Assembly (NCBI GenBank): GCA_028534125.1 | Contig: CM052816.1 | Coordinates: forward strand, 77,626,001 to 77,690,000 | Length of the DNA stretch: 64,000 nucleotides | From: Lama glama | Taxonomy: Eukaryota | Reading direction: 5' to 3' | In this document: positions 36,779 to 50,147 of the stretch, piece after piece | Numbering within the stretch: position 1 is the stretch's first letter | Layout: every line of letters begins with the position of its first letter | Made by a program: the position numbers and the translations under genes | Notes under the pieces: model-generated | The model's input: the letters and a program-made list of their open reading frames with translations, nothing else | The model's database searches: none | What the model was told of the DNA's origin: nothing

Positions 36779-36975
36779 GCAGTGTTTCTCAAAATGTGGT
36801 CCCAGGATCAGTATCAGTGTCCCTACCTGGGAACATCTGAAAAATGCAAATTCTCAGGGCCTTCCCCAAACCTACTGAATCAGAGCCTGGGAGTGGGGCC
36901 AGGAATCTGGATTTTAATATGCTTCCCCACCTCAACCTGGGTGATTCTCATACCTGCTAGATTTTGAGAACTTTT
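36779..36975. mobile_element. MER5A MITE
   Basis: gcagtgtttctcaaaatgtggtcccagg..aaatgcaaattctcagggcc..cctactgaatcag..tttgagaac. Confidence 0.85.
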
Positions 36976-36979
36976 GGTA

Positions 36980-37330
36980 TAGGTGATAAGTGCTATGGAG
37001 AAAAAGCAGGGGAGTCGAATGCAGTGCAGAAGGACTTGTTGATTTAAACAGAATAATTAGGGAAGGCCTCACTGATACGGATGACTTTTGACCAGAACAC
37101 CAAAAGGAGATAAGGAAAAGAATAAAGCAGCTATACGAGTAAAAAGTACTCTAGGCAGATGGAATGGCAAGTGCAAAGGTCCTGTGGCAAGATCATGCTT
37201 GACATATCCAAGAAAGAGCAAAGAGGTCAGTGTAGCTGGAGCAAAGGAGCCAGGGAGAGGGTATTAGAAAATGAAGTTAGAAAATCAGAAAGGTGAAGAG
37301 GGATGGGTGTGGGGGAAGATCCTGTTGGAC
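36980..37330 (-). mobile_element. L2 fragment
   Basis: gataagtgctatggagaaaa..agggaaggcctcactga..gcaagtgcaaaggtcctgtggca..ggtcagtgtagctggagc. Confidence 0.8.
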
Positions 37331-37974
37331 CCATACCTGATGAACTCACTAGATGAGACCATTTCCCCTCCCCCTGGATGCACGTTGGTGGATCAGCTGA
37401 TCTTATTGTTTAAGGACTCCTGAAGTCACCTGCCACAGGGAGAATATTATCTAGGGAACTAATTACAAAAAGATGGGGGCATGGAGAAGCCACACATACG
37501 GGTCAAACACCATATGAGGCAGCACAGAACCCCCCCACATCTTCAACCTTTTTTTTTTTTTTGCAGCCTAGTGCCAAGCCAGACTGTCTGTGGGCCTCCC
37601 CAGGACTGTTTTTGGCCTCCATGCCACCCAGCTGAGCCTCTTGCCCCTTGCTTCTGAGGAATGGCAGGAAATTTCAACAGGATTACTCATTCATTCTTCA
37701 TTTTGGAGAGGAGGCAAAATTACTTCTGGAAGGAATAGCAAGTGGACCCAGAGGGCAGAATATTTTTCATATTTCCTTTTCCAGGTACCAACCCTTTCCT
37801 CCCATCTTCTCTGTGACACATTGGTTGGGGGTAACTCACATTTCTATGGCTTTCTGGGGTCTCAGTCAGCCCGATGAGAAACAGTAGCAGCAGCGCAGGA
37901 ACGCTTTTCAGTATCCCAGAACTGGTAGCCTCGCTTTTCTTCGCTGAGAAGCCTCAAACCTCACAGTCAGAAGC

Positions 37975-38195
37975 CCAGACTTGGAGAGGGGAGACGAACC
38001 CAGAGGCCAGTTCAGGCTCTGCCAGTTACAAGCTTGGACAAGCCACTTGACTGAGCTTCATTCTCCCTGTCTTTAAAACTACCCAATCATAGTGACATCA
38101 CTGGGCCTTTGCATGTATTTAAACTACATAACATGCAAAGAGCCTAGTAGTCTCCTTCCCTCATATCTCATATTCAGTAATTGTATAACTGTTAT
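37975..38195 (+). mobile_element. MIR SINE (degenerate)
   Basis: caggctctgccagttacaagcttggacaagccactt..catgcaaagagcctagta. Confidence 0.6.
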
Positions 38196-38299
38196 CATTA
38201 CTGAATTTATTATTTTTAACAGCACATCTCATATCAGATCCCTGCACTCGAATGATGGGACGTTTGCCTTGTGTGCACCTCCTAGGGATATAATATATA

Positions 38300-38812
38300 T
38301 ATATATATTTCCTCAGATGCATTCTGCAGCATCCTTCTCTGCTCTGCTCTCCATCACTGGTGGGGGCTGGGGGAGGGGACAGTCAGAGGGAACAGGCAGG
38401 GCCCCTGCAGACTGCATTCCTCAGGCTCCCAGGACAGGTGACTTCTGACTAGGTTCAGCTAGTGGTGGCGTAGTGCTAGGTGGGAGGAGCCAAGGTATCT
38501 CTCCCCTTCCTGTTTGGCCTTGGTTTTTCCCAGAGGCGGCATCTCCCCTGTAGCCCCACCTCCTGCCTGACAACCCACAGCTTCCACAGGGCAATACTGA
38601 TTCCTATGTTGAGAGAACACTGCTTCTTCCCTTCGCATGTAATGCTTAGAAAGTGGCAGTGGTTCTGGCTCTTCCTCGTCTTTTGAGTTACCTCTACTCT
38701 TTGTTTAATTTCACCATTTCTCCATCCCTTTGTAACTGTTCCCTGAATTCAGTTCTCTCCATGGTAATATCTGAAGTGGTCTCCATATTCCTGGTTAAAA
38801 CCTGACAGATAC
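38300..38812 (+). mobile_element. ERVL-type LTR remnant (LTR33/LTR16-like)
   Basis: ctctgctctccatcactgg..gactgcattcctcaggctcc..ttcctggttaaaacctgacagatac terminus. Confidence 0.5.
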
Positions 38813-39153
38813 TCATAGCCTCTCATTAACATTTGCTGCCTTATTTGGCCTTGCTCTGAATCCTCCATTCCTCACCTGTACTTGGGGGGTGGGGTGCAAA
38901 AAAATTAATAACGTAGGCCCTGTGGAAAGACCTCAGAGCATTTATTCCAGGCTTTTACTTAGTCCTGCCCCTGCTAAAAATAATGGGCTTCCCCCCGCCC
39001 TACTGTGACCCAAACTAGAGCCAATCTTGAAACAAGAAGAGAGACTCACGGCTGGCAGGGATATGTGTATTCAAAACAGGAATAACTCCTAGGAAGTAGA
39101 GAAGGTATGACCTCAAAATGGAGGAGGACTTCTTTGCATCATCAACTCTGTAG

Positions 39154-40575
39154 GTTCCTGATTTCAACTTACTACAAAGCTACAATAATCAAAATTGTGT
39201 GATACTGACATAAGGACAGACACACAGATCAATGGAATAGGACTGGCAGCCCAGAAATAAATCCTTATGTTTATGGTCAAGTGATTTTCAACAAGGGTGC
39301 TAAGAATATTCAATGAGGAAAAGACACTCTTTTCAACAAATGCTGCTACAAAAACTGGATATCGGCATGCAAACCAATGAAGCTAGACTCTTACCTCATA
39401 TTATATGCAAGAATTAACTCACACTGAGTCCAAGACCTGAACTGAAAAGCTAAAACTATAAAACTTTTAGAAGAAACATAGAAAAATCTTCATTACTTTG
39501 GATTTCACAGTGGTTTCTTTAATATGACATCAAAGCACAGGCAACAAAAGAAAGAACAGATAAATTGCTTTTGTTAAAATTATAAACTTTCGTACATTAA
39601 AGGATGCTGTTAAAAGAGTGAAAATACAACTCAAATAATGGAAGAAAATATTGGCAAATCATATATCTGGTAAGGGATTAATATCTATAACATATGGAGA
39701 ACTCCTACAATTCAACAAAAAGTCCTTTAAAAATAGACAAGAACTTGAATAGGCATTTTCCTAAACAAGATACACAAATGGCCAATAAGCACATGAAAAG
39801 AATCTTTAACATCATTAGTCCTTAAGGAAATGCAAGTCAAACCCACAGTGAGACACCACTTCACATGTACTTGGATGACTATAATTTAAAAAAAAGAAAT
39901 AAGTGTTTGTGAGAATGTGGAGAAACTGGAACCCTTGTACATTGCTGGTGGGAATGTAAAATGGTGCAATCACTGTGGAAAACAGTTTGATGTTTCTTCA
40001 AAAAATTAAACATAGAATTACCATATGATGCAGCAAATCTTCTCCTGGGTACACACCCAAAGAAAATTAAAAAGGAGACTCAGATCCTTGTATGTCAATG
40101 TTCATAGCAGCATTATTCACAATAGCCAAAAGGTGGAAATAACCCATCTCCATCAACAGGCGAATGGATAAACAAAATGTGGTATATACATACAGTGGAA
40201 TATCGTGCAGCCATCAGAAGAAACAAAGTTCTGATATGCTACAGCATGGATGAACCTTAAAAACATTGTGCTAAGTGAAAGAAGATATAAAAGGACAAAT
40301 AATGTATAATTCTACTTACACGAAATATCTAGAATAAGAAACTTCAGAGAGACAGAATGTAGATCAGGGGGTACCAGAGGCTGGAGGGAGGGAGGAATGG
40401 GGGTGGGGGGTTATTGCTTAGTAGGTATAAAGTTTCTGTTTAGGATGATCCAGAAGTTTTAGAAATAGGCAGTGGTGACGGTTGCATGGCACTGTGAATA
40501 TAATTAATGCCACTGACTTGTACATTTAAAAACAGTCAAAATGGCAAATGTTATTATGGTTTACCACAAAAAACA
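39154..40575 (+). mobile_element. L1 (L1MB-like) ORF2 3' part plus 3' UTR, 5'-truncated
   Basis: Begins with cctgatttcaaacttactacaaagctaca (PDFKLYYKAT), continues through L1 ORF2 C-terminal and 3' UTR motifs to ttaccacaaaaaa. Possible TSD aactctgtag (39144-53) / aagtctgtag (40582-91). Confidence 0.95.
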
Positions 40576-41929
40576 ACTTCTAAGTCTGTAGATTGATGGA
40601 TCAATATGGATAGAGATAAAATGGATTTATGTATAAGTCACCCATCCCCCTAACCCCTGCAGTCAGTCCCATCAGATCAGCTCCGGACTCCTCTTTCCTG
40701 GGTAGGTTTCTTGAGTCAAGTCAGTAATTGAGGCTCTGTGCACACAGAGAGAGGATGCAGGCTTTGAGGAAGCTGTGATGTGGATGAAAAAGGAGTCAGT
40801 CGGAGGAGCACGTTGTTTTGGGGGAGCCAGAGGAAGAGGTTTCAGCAGCTGCAGTGAGGGGAAATCTTTGGGATAAGGGCAGGATGTCTACAGAGGTTAT
40901 CAGGCACCCCTAAAAAATCTATGATAAATTGGATGACAGTCCTCAAGGAGAGGAAAAGGAGTTGTTTCTTTGAAGGCAACGCTGTGTAAGTAAAGACAGG
41001 GCAACATGAAATGTCTGATTTCGTGCGATCAATCTCCGTACACAACAAATGGTTATTTGTCTCTAGAAGGCGGCACCCCAGCCCCACCCCCGTCAGTAAT
41101 GTTTTCAACCAATGGACTGAGAGTTTCATATCTGTAAGCCTTAGGGGCAAGACTGTGCTTCCAACGACAACAATGTTCCTCCAGGAAAATCTGTGAAGCA
41201 AAAAGTCACCATTTTACTCTCAGAGGCGCACTTTTGAATGTTACCATTCCAAGAACTCAAGCAGTGGCTTTCCAAGTGTGCTCCAAGCTCACATGTCCTG
41301 ACAGCACCGCCACCCACAAACACATGTGCACTCTTGCTTCAGTCTTGAATGTGCTCTTCCCCCAGATCTGCAGTGTTCTCCTACCTCCAGTGTCCTCTCT
41401 GCTCATCTCGATCCCACCCAGCCCTGAAACACACCTCTTCCTTGAAGTCCTCTCCAGACTCCAAATTGCAATGATGTCGCCTCCTCCTGATTTCCTCTAG
41501 CCATTATTTTCTCAATCTTACAGTTTGGCCCTTAGTAATGTTCTGATTCCTACTGTTCTCTCATTGGGGCCAAAATAGCTTGTAATTCCCTTGCAGATAA
41601 TGCACACATCTGTGGGGCTTTTGACTCTAACAATAACCTAGCACTGTCAGGCACTCCAGAGGTACTAGGAAAGATGTTTCTTTGCTTTGAGCTGGTCCAC
41701 ATGATTTTCCCTTCTCTTACCATCACCCCACCCTCACCACCACCACACACATGTTTTTTCTTTCCTGGTTCCTCCTTTTTAATTGTGCAGTCTGAAGCCA
41801 TGCTGCAGACTGAAGGGTACTTTTTGTAAAGTGATTTGCCAGTGGAAGGTGCTATGAACTCCACGGGGACAGTCCCTGGAGGTTGCCGCTCAGCAGCCAG
41901 CGCTTCACCATCCTCGGCGGCAGAGCCCC

Positions 41930-43000
41930 AGTTTTGTCCAGGGAGCAATGTGCTCAGCCCTCAGAGATGAACCCTTCTGGTCTAAACCAACCACAAAAGG
42001 CCTCTTCAACTTCCCCTGTGAAGCCAGTGTCAGTCAGATGACCCAGTTCTGAGTCAGGTGATCCAATGAGCTACAAAAAGAAGTTGGCTAGGGGTTTCTG
42101 GAAAAGATTATTTTTCCTGACAGAAAGCAACCAGGCACAAAAGGAAAGCTCCCCCCTCCCGTTTTTTTAAATTGAGGTATAGCTGATTATAATATTATAC
42201 AAATTTCAGGGGTACAATATAGTGATTCATAATTTTAAAGGTTATATTCCATTTATAGTTATTATAAAATATTGGGTAAAAAATAAATAAAATTAAAATT
42301 AAAAGAAATGAGATATTGGCTATATTCCCTGTGTTGTAAAATATATCCCTGTAGCTTATTTCTATTATGCATAATAGTCTGTACCTCTTAATCCTCTGCC
42401 TGTGTTTTGCCCCTCCTGGCTTCCCTCTCCCCACTGGCACCCCTGGTTTGTTCTTCATGTCTGTGAGTCTGTTTCTATTTTGTTATATTCACTAGTTTGT
42501 TGTATTTTTTAGATTCTACATATAGGTGATGTCATACAGTATTTGTCTTTCTCTGTCTGATTTATTTCACTTAGCATAATACCCTCCAAGTCCATCCACA
42601 TTGTTGCAAATGGCAAGATTTCATTCATTTTTGTGGCTGAATAGAATTCCATTGTATATGTATACCACATATTTTTTTATGCACTCACCTGTTGAGGGAT
42701 ATTTAGGTTGCTTCCATGCCTTGGCAATTATAATAATGCTGCTATGAACATTGGGGTGCAGGTATCTTTTCAAATTATTGTTTTCCTTTATTTTTTGGAT
42801 AAATACCCAGGAGCTGAATTGCTGAGTCATATGATAGTTCTCTTTTTTGTTAGAAGGAAAGCTTTTTGATCTCTTCCCTCCCTTTCTCTTTGGATAGCTG
42901 TCATGTGAAGAATGTGATTTTGGAGGCCCTGCAGCCATCTTGTGGCCTTGAGGGAAGTGTAGTTCACAGAGGATGGTAGAGAGCCATTTGGAATGTGGAA
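41930..43000 (+). mobile_element. MaLR (MLT1-like) LTR split by an L1 insertion
   Basis: tggtctaaacca..tgacccagttctg..ggggtttctggaaaaga on the left of the L1; atgtga..ctgcagccatcttgtggccttgaggg..gaggatggtagag on the right. Confidence 0.6.
42151..42853 (-). mobile_element. L1 3' end (cetartiodactyl type), 5'-truncated
   Basis: ttttaaattgaggtatagctga..gtctgtgagtctgtttct..atgctgctatgaacattggggtgca. TSD aaggaaagct at 42141-50 and 42854-63. Confidence 0.93.
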
Positions 43001-44229
43001 ACTTACCTTGGAGCACTTTTTTTTTTGAACTTTTTGATGCAAGAAAAATACATATGTCAATTAAATGCAAATATCCATAATGTTGCTGTCACCCTGCTCT
43101 ACACCTTTAAAGGGCGGCCCAGGTGGGCCAGGCTGATGAAGGTAAGCTCTTCTCTCTTTCTGCTCCCTTCCCTCCTTCACCCTGTAAAGCTGGAAGATAG
43201 AACCTTAGGACAGGACAGACATGAATTAAAGCAGAGACTATCTCTATGATGTTCCCAACGAAGTCAGCTGTTTTACAAGCTCATCATGATTCTAAGCACT
43301 AATGAAATCACTGGGAATGTTTTGGGACCTCAGACTTAACAAATTGAGTCTTTTTTTGGACTTATCGAACCCATTGCAAAAGGGACATTTGTGATAAGCA
43401 CTACGAATTGGAACCATTTGGCTGTATAAACTTACAGAATGGTAAGGGTGGAGGAGAACGTGGACAGGGTATCCAGAAAGAGATTTTGATCTTGTTTTCA
43501 TTTGATCCTTAATGCATTCTTTTGCTTACATAACGAAATAATCATTAATAGTAAGGTTCTTTAAAAAAAAAACCAACAGATTTCTTCTTTTGATTAAGGT
43601 GATGATCTAGAGTTTTGAGGAGCCAAGAACTGCTTTAGCCTCAAGTAATTTTTCTTTAGAAACATAAAACCAAGGACCTCCTGACTTGGCACATCAAGAA
43701 TTATTTAATGATAATTAAAAACCCCATAATTTTGATGTCTTCCGTGACTTACCCATAAATGACCCAGACTGTGCACTCTGATAACTAATCTTTGATAGGT
43801 TTATTCCTCTGTCTACACAAGGTAAGTTTTTTTCTTCTCCAAGTACTAATCAACCAGCAGCTAATGAAAGACAGTGTCCCCAACTCCCACACAAGCCAAA
43901 GGGATTTTTTAAATAGTTTACAAATCAAAGGCTTTTAAATCACGTTTAATGAAGGGAATTTTAAACTTTTACATGGAGCTTTTGTGGTGGTTTTTTTAGC
44001 ATTCTTTTGGAATAAGAGTCAAATCTTTGACACACTAAGAGGCACATGAAGTGTAAACTGAAGCCATTTGCATTATTCAAGGAAACAAATGCTTTTACTT
44101 AACAATATAGCTATTTCAGAACCACGTGAGGAGTTGTGGTGTGACAGTCTGTAGAGTGGTGCTTTTGAATCATTCACATAGCCAAGATCCCAATCAATAA
44201 ATGACTTATAGAAACAAAGGTTCAATTCA

Positions 44230-45290
44230 CAGAAGAGGAAATACAGATTTCTGATCCCCAATATGTTCAGAATCCTTGCAAGTTAGAAAAAGAAAAATAA
44301 AATGACAAAATGAGATACAGGTTTACATCTATCAAATTTTGGAGGAAATAAATATATAGATAGATGACTGATGATACATAGACAGACAGACAGATGCCAG
44401 ATACAGGATTGTGACACAAACACAGACCTCATGAGGGTATAAATTGGTACATTCCTGGTAAGAAAGTTGGCCATTTCTGTTAAGAACTTTGAATATATGC
44501 AGAGTTTTTGGCCCAGGAATTTCATTTCTAGGATCTTCATGTAGTAGACACAAGTTGAGGTGGATGCTGTGCTCACAATGCCTCCTCTGGTGGCAGGCGT
44601 GTGTGTGTGTGTGTGTGTGTGTGTGACTTAAATGCTGATTGATCCAACATTCAACTTGAGCCAGTGAGTCTCTGGCAGTGGGAAGCAGGGAGACCAAGCC
44701 TGAAGAACCCTCTAGGTCCCACCTTTCTCATTCCAGGTTATCTGTCATGTTCTTCAAATTCCAGGGCTCCTCTTACCTCCTTCCAATAATCCTACTTTCG
44801 CACGACTAGCCAGAGTTGCTATACCTTAAAAATATTCATTCTCTCTGACCTGGTGTTTCTACTTTTAGGAATCTGGCCTAAAAATTTAACCTGAAACTTG
44901 GACATGAAGAATACTAGGATCATTTCTAACATGAAAAAGTAAAAATATCTAATTGCTCAAAGGTTGGGAAATGATTGGTAAATTGTATTTCAATCACAGA
45001 AATTAAAAATTATGAAGCCATGTAGAACTATGCTCCCAAAGACATTTTAATGACATGGAGAAATGCTTATGGCATAATGTCAGAAGAAAAATAAAATTAT
45101 AAATAGAGCATGATGCCAACCACATGTTATATGTGCATGCACTTTAAAATAAACAGAAATACAACAAAACAGTTATCCACAGTAGTAATATTTTGAGTGG
45201 GTTTAGTGTTCTTTCATTCTTTTTCAATTTCCAAACTTTCAACAATGACTATTACTTTTCTAGTTGAAAAAATATATCTTGTTTTAAATA
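44230..45290 (+). mobile_element. Ancient L1ME-like 3' fragments, interrupted
   Basis: acaaaatgagatac..gggtataaattggtaca..ggaatttcatttctagga..aatgacatggagaaatgct. Confidence 0.55.
44598..44624. repeat. (TG)n microsatellite
   Basis: Direct reading. Confidence 0.95.
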
Positions 45291-45874
45291 ATCAGAATCA
45301 GGTGAACCCTGTTTTACCTGCATTCATCTGCAGTGAATGAAATGCGGTTCGGGGCACTGGCATCCACCTAGCTTCACATTAAAGTCACCTAGAGCATTTT
45401 ATCTATTTGTCAGTCTGCTTATTATTTTATTGTATTTACTTTTCTACAGTCAAAGATGAGCCACATTCTCCATGTGCTCATTAAAAAGCATTAATATTCC
45501 ATCAGGATCCTGGCATCTTGATCTCATCTCCTTTCAAGTTGGGCCACCTGTCTGCCACCAGTAGGCTTAGTCCCACTTCTGTCATGGGGGCCAATCCTGG
45601 CTTTAGAAGAAAGGGTTGAACAAGGCTCCATATGACATTTAGGGTCTAAGCATTAAGCCTTGCTATCATCCATTACAGACATTACAGGGGTCCAGTAATT
45701 TGCTTTGCCCTGACTAACCAAACAGCTGACTCTCTTTTGCCCCCAGCAAGGCGATGGACACAGTACCACAGCCTTTCTAGGACTGGGGCTTGGCATGCCT
45801 CTTCCACTTCCTTTTTACCACAAAGTTTATGACTCATCGGTAAGCTTTCCAGGTGTTGCTTACCTGTCAGATTT

Positions 45875-46022
45875 CCCATTAGGACATGGGGGGCTTAAAA
45901 ATTATACCCATGCCTAGATGATTCTAATTTAACTCATGGGTGGGGAGAGAGGAAGCCGGGAGTCAGCATATTTAAAACTCCCCAGGTGACTTTAATGTAC
46001 AGCCAGCATCCAGGACCACTGG
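45875..46022. mobile_element. MER5-like MITE
   Basis: cagcatatttaaaactccccaggtgactttaatgtacagccag..gaccactg. Confidence 0.65.
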
Positions 46023-46754
46023 TTCATTTGGGTTAAATCTGTACGGTTAAAGCCTGCTGTGTGTGATGGGATCTAACTGAATGATGGAAACCGATGAAAT
46101 GAGTTATCTGTCCATTTCACGTATACAAACCTACACCTCACGCGTCATCCTACACTTCCTCCATGACTTTAGTTTCTCTGCTTAAAGAGAAACCATCTCC
46201 AGGTCCCCAGCTCCAGGCTACATTTCCATACCTACTGGCCATCCACAAGTCTGCCCCATAGATCTCTTACCTCCACATATTCTAGACAGGCCAGTTAGTT
46301 CTCTCCTCCTGGCTTCTCCCTGTGCAATGTCACATCAATGATGTGACACCCATGCTGCTCCCAAGCTAGACACCTCTGATGCATCTCTGACTCATTCATT
46401 TATCCCTAACATCAGATTCTATGGAATAGGGTTCCTAAGTGTCAGGCTGGAGAGAGAAAGATGGGAAGAGTCTGGGCGTGACTATGGGGTTACAGACAAT
46501 CAACCCCCGTTAAAAAGCTTTCAAAGCTCAATCTGTAAAACACTGCAGGCCAGACAGTGAGGCCAATGCCCCAGTATGGAGTCTCCTTCCTTTGCATGTA
46601 TTTTCCCACTCCATCTCCTCTCCCTCCTTCGCTCTGCCAGACCCTCTCTAGTGAGACCCGTGTTGTTTCTTCCCTGAGCTACAGGCACAGCCTGACTGCC
46701 ATTTGTCCCCCACACCAGTGCCTGAGTCAGAGCCACCTCTCTACCCTTCTCAGG

Positions 46755-47010
46755 ACCCTGGAGTCCTCAGACCTTGGAGCCGATCTGCTGGAGTTTCACT
46801 CCCACCTCCACCACTTTCTAACAGTGTGACCCCGGACAAGTTACTTAACTTCTCTGTGCTTTAGTTTCCTCACCTGTGAAATAAGAATAATAATTCTGGA
46901 ACTGAATTTCTCAAGTTGTCATAAGGATTAAGTTACTTTCTCTAAACTTCTTAGGCCAACTCCTGACACAAAAGCAGCACTGTATACATATGTATTTGTT
47001 ACTATCATCT
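46755..47010 (+). mobile_element. MIR SINE
   Basis: tgtgaccccggacaagttacttaacttctctgtgctttagtttcctcacctgtgaaataagaataataa. Confidence 0.9.
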
Positions 47011-47034
47011 GTATGAGTACTACTCTATTACTAA

Positions 47035-47585
47035 ATGAAGTCCAGCTCCTTCGAGAGCCTTCCAGGACCCCCTACACTCTGAGCCCTGCCTATCTTCTCG
47101 CTGATCCTTCACTTCCGAACTCCCACACACCAGCCTTGGCCACACTGGATTATTCATCGTCATTTCCTGCCTCCTGGCCTTTCCTTACCCTTTGTTGCCT
47201 AGGATGCCCTTCTCCTTACTGCTGGCTATGGAAATTCTGTGAATTCTTCAAGTCCAGCTCACAGCAAACTTCTTCTTGACCCCTTTACTGATGCCCCAAC
47301 TTGGAATCAGTTTCTGCCTGCAGGGCATGTATTTGCCCTTCACTTTTCACATTTAACGACTGTGCCTTACATGACAGGAGGCATTTGTGACCTCCTTCTT
47401 TCTCCTACCTCCCCTACAACCCTCTAATGTTTAGGAAAATGTAAGCTCCTAAAGGCTGGGTTCTTGTCTTTTCCTGTTTTAAACACATTTAATATTTTAA
47501 ATTTCTATTTTATGACCTTGCACTCAGCACAGCGCCTGGTCTTAAGGAAGTTTTGCTAAAGTTTGTTGCAGAGAATTGTTGAATG
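47035..47585 (+). mobile_element. L2 3' fragment
   Basis: ccagccttggccacactgg..aatgtaagctcctaaaggctggg..cagcacagcgcctgg..ttgttgaatg. Confidence 0.7.
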
Positions 47586-47779
47586 TGTATAGATGCTCTC
47601 ATGTCCATTCCAAGCTGAAACAGACACTTGGTAATTATCTGGTGACTATAAATAGGGTATGAAATTGGACACTCTGGACAAAATCATCTGAGATCCAAGT
47701 GGTCTAACCTGGGTGCCTACACTGATGAGACTAATGCTACAAATCTAAAATATTCATTGCTCTGCGTGTGTCTGTTTGG

Positions 47780-48405
47780 ACCTTTTGGTGTTGCAAGTAA
47801 TACTAAAACCTGGTTCAGATTTAAACAATGGAGGAAATTTGGTGTCACCTGATAATGAAAAAGAAAGGTTCATCGAGGGTTATTCCAGTAGCTCAACAGT
47901 GTCACCAAAGGTCCAATTCCAACCTCTGTCTCCAATCTGCCCTCTTTATGTGGTGTTGAACCCTAAGGCTGGCTGCCCATTTGGCCCCAAGATGGCTTCC
48001 GGCAATTTCTGGGGAATAGATGCTTCCTCACGTATGTCTACTGGCAGGTCCACCATGTTGCACAAGTCAGGGTGCACCACTCATGGAACTGAATTAAATG
48101 TAATGCCAACAGTGTCCTCTGGATTTGTACAATGCAATGACTCTGGAAGACGTAATCTCTCCAGGTGGCTTCCATAGAAGAGAGAAGAAACTTCTTCATT
48201 GGTAGCCTTCAGAAAACATCCTGTTACTTTTATAACAAGATCCCATCCTCTCTGGCAGTCAGAGTCCTAAAGTGGGACCATTTGGATTGATCACGTCAGG
48301 CTCCAAGTTTGGGAAATCCTGAGTTACTATCAAAATAAGGAAGATGACCAGAGATTTAGTTAGTAAGAGACCAGGGAAGATAGAGTTTACTCCATCGAAC
48401 CAATG
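47780..48405 (-). mobile_element. MaLR (MLT1-like) LTR remnant
   Basis: ggtgttgcaagtaa..gctcaacagtgtcaccaaag..ccaagatggcttcc; probably interrupted. Confidence 0.5.
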
Positions 48406-49869
48406 ATGTACCTATAAATATGTGTATATGTTTAATATATGCATACATGTAAGACTGTGATTTTCATTCACTCAACAAATAGTTGCCTGCTATGTGCCTG
48501 ATACAATGAACAAAATCATTCTCTGACCTCAAGGAGCTTGTAGTCATTTCTCCTTTCCTCCTCCATTCATTACCAAGTTGAAGTTGAAGAATTCTTCTTT
48601 TATCCTTGACATAATCTCTTCAAAATCTGTTTCTAGTATGCACCTTTGTTTCACCTTTAAGTGGTTCATGGGACCACATTTAAGCCATTGACGTATTTAG
48701 AGGTTGAGGTGTGGCAAGGAATTTATGCCTGTGGCCCAGTGGGCGTCTTTGTAAGGGTGACCAGTCATACCAGCCACAGAGAAGGGATGGCTCAGGCTGA
48801 CCAGAGACCACCTTGGACCCTCAGTTCAGCAGCCCTGGGAGACAGGGAGATTCCCATACCTAAATCCTCTCAGGGCTATCCCAGTCATTCTACCCATGTT
48901 GTGACTCATCCAGGAAGACGTATCTGGCCTCTTTTTACCTGAGTGATGTATTTACATTGGATCCCAGACATTTTGAGACAGAATTAAAATAATGATTTTC
49001 CCATGCAGAGTGATATTTCTGACCTCCAACAAAGTCCATAATTCCAGTTTTACTGGAGTTAAATCTATCAGATGAGACTGAGGAGACCAGAAGTCTGGGC
49101 TCTGTCATTTATTAGTTATTTTACTCTGAACTAGTCACTTCACCTCTTTAGGCTTCAACTTCATTCATCAACAACAGAATGCAGAAAATATTTATTGGGT
49201 GTCTGTTACGGGCCAGATTCCGTGCTGGATGTTCAGGATGTGACCATAAAGGCAATTTCCTCACCTACGATGTGAATGGGAAGCCTAGATAACGTCAACC
49301 CCCTCTTGCTATAAAGACCAGATGCTTTGGAAATGGAGACAGCAGGTATCTGTCCCCAGGTTCTGCAGCAGTTACTCATCAGCAACAAGTTGTGATGAGT
49401 ACGGAGACCATCCCCACCTGTCATGACCATCTCTCTCCTCTTCCTCTCATGCTGGGACTGCAGGATCAGGGTGTAAGCTGCATTCTGCCAAGGGCCCGCA
49501 GAACTTTGGCTTTAGGTAATTCATCATTTAGTTTATAGATTAGTAGGTTATAAATATCCTATCCAAAATAAGTCATATATTCTCCTTTCCTTAAAGTATA
49601 TTACCAGAAGAACAGGTGTACTTTATCTTCTTTCATATAAACATCAGAGCCTGACCCAGTAAGTTCATTTAAAAAAAGAATCCATTGGTGGGTGGTAACA
49701 TTCCTTTTGGACTCTCCGGCTGTTCATGGAGTTGTTTTCAGAGCGATCAGTGATCATCCGGACAGCAAGGAGAAATTAATCACATTGGAAGTTTGCTGCT
49801 ATAAACCAACCAAAGATAATGGTGCCTGCGGCTGTGAGGCACAGGGGAAGGAGGAATGGAATTGGAGCC

Positions 49870-50050
49870 AGAGAAGCTAGGTTTGTTTCAATCTCAGCTC
49901 AGCAAACTTAGCAGAGAGACCTTGGGCATGTCACTAATGTCTCTGAGCCACGATTTTTAAAAATCTACAAATGGGTATGTCTACTTCTTGGAGTTGTTAT
50001 AAAGATTTCAAGAGATCATGTGAAATACACACTACAGGTGTTAATGACCA
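49870..50050 (+). mobile_element. MIR SINE
   Basis: gaccttgggcatgtcactaatgtctctgagcc..tctacaaatgggta..gagttgttataaagatt. Confidence 0.75.
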
Positions 50051-50147
50051 TTCTCTGTATTTCAGGATTTAAAGTACTTTCTCTTAGAATAAAGATGAAA
50101 AAGAGGCTTCGAGGCAACCAGTCATCAGTTGGAATCACAGAGTTTTA

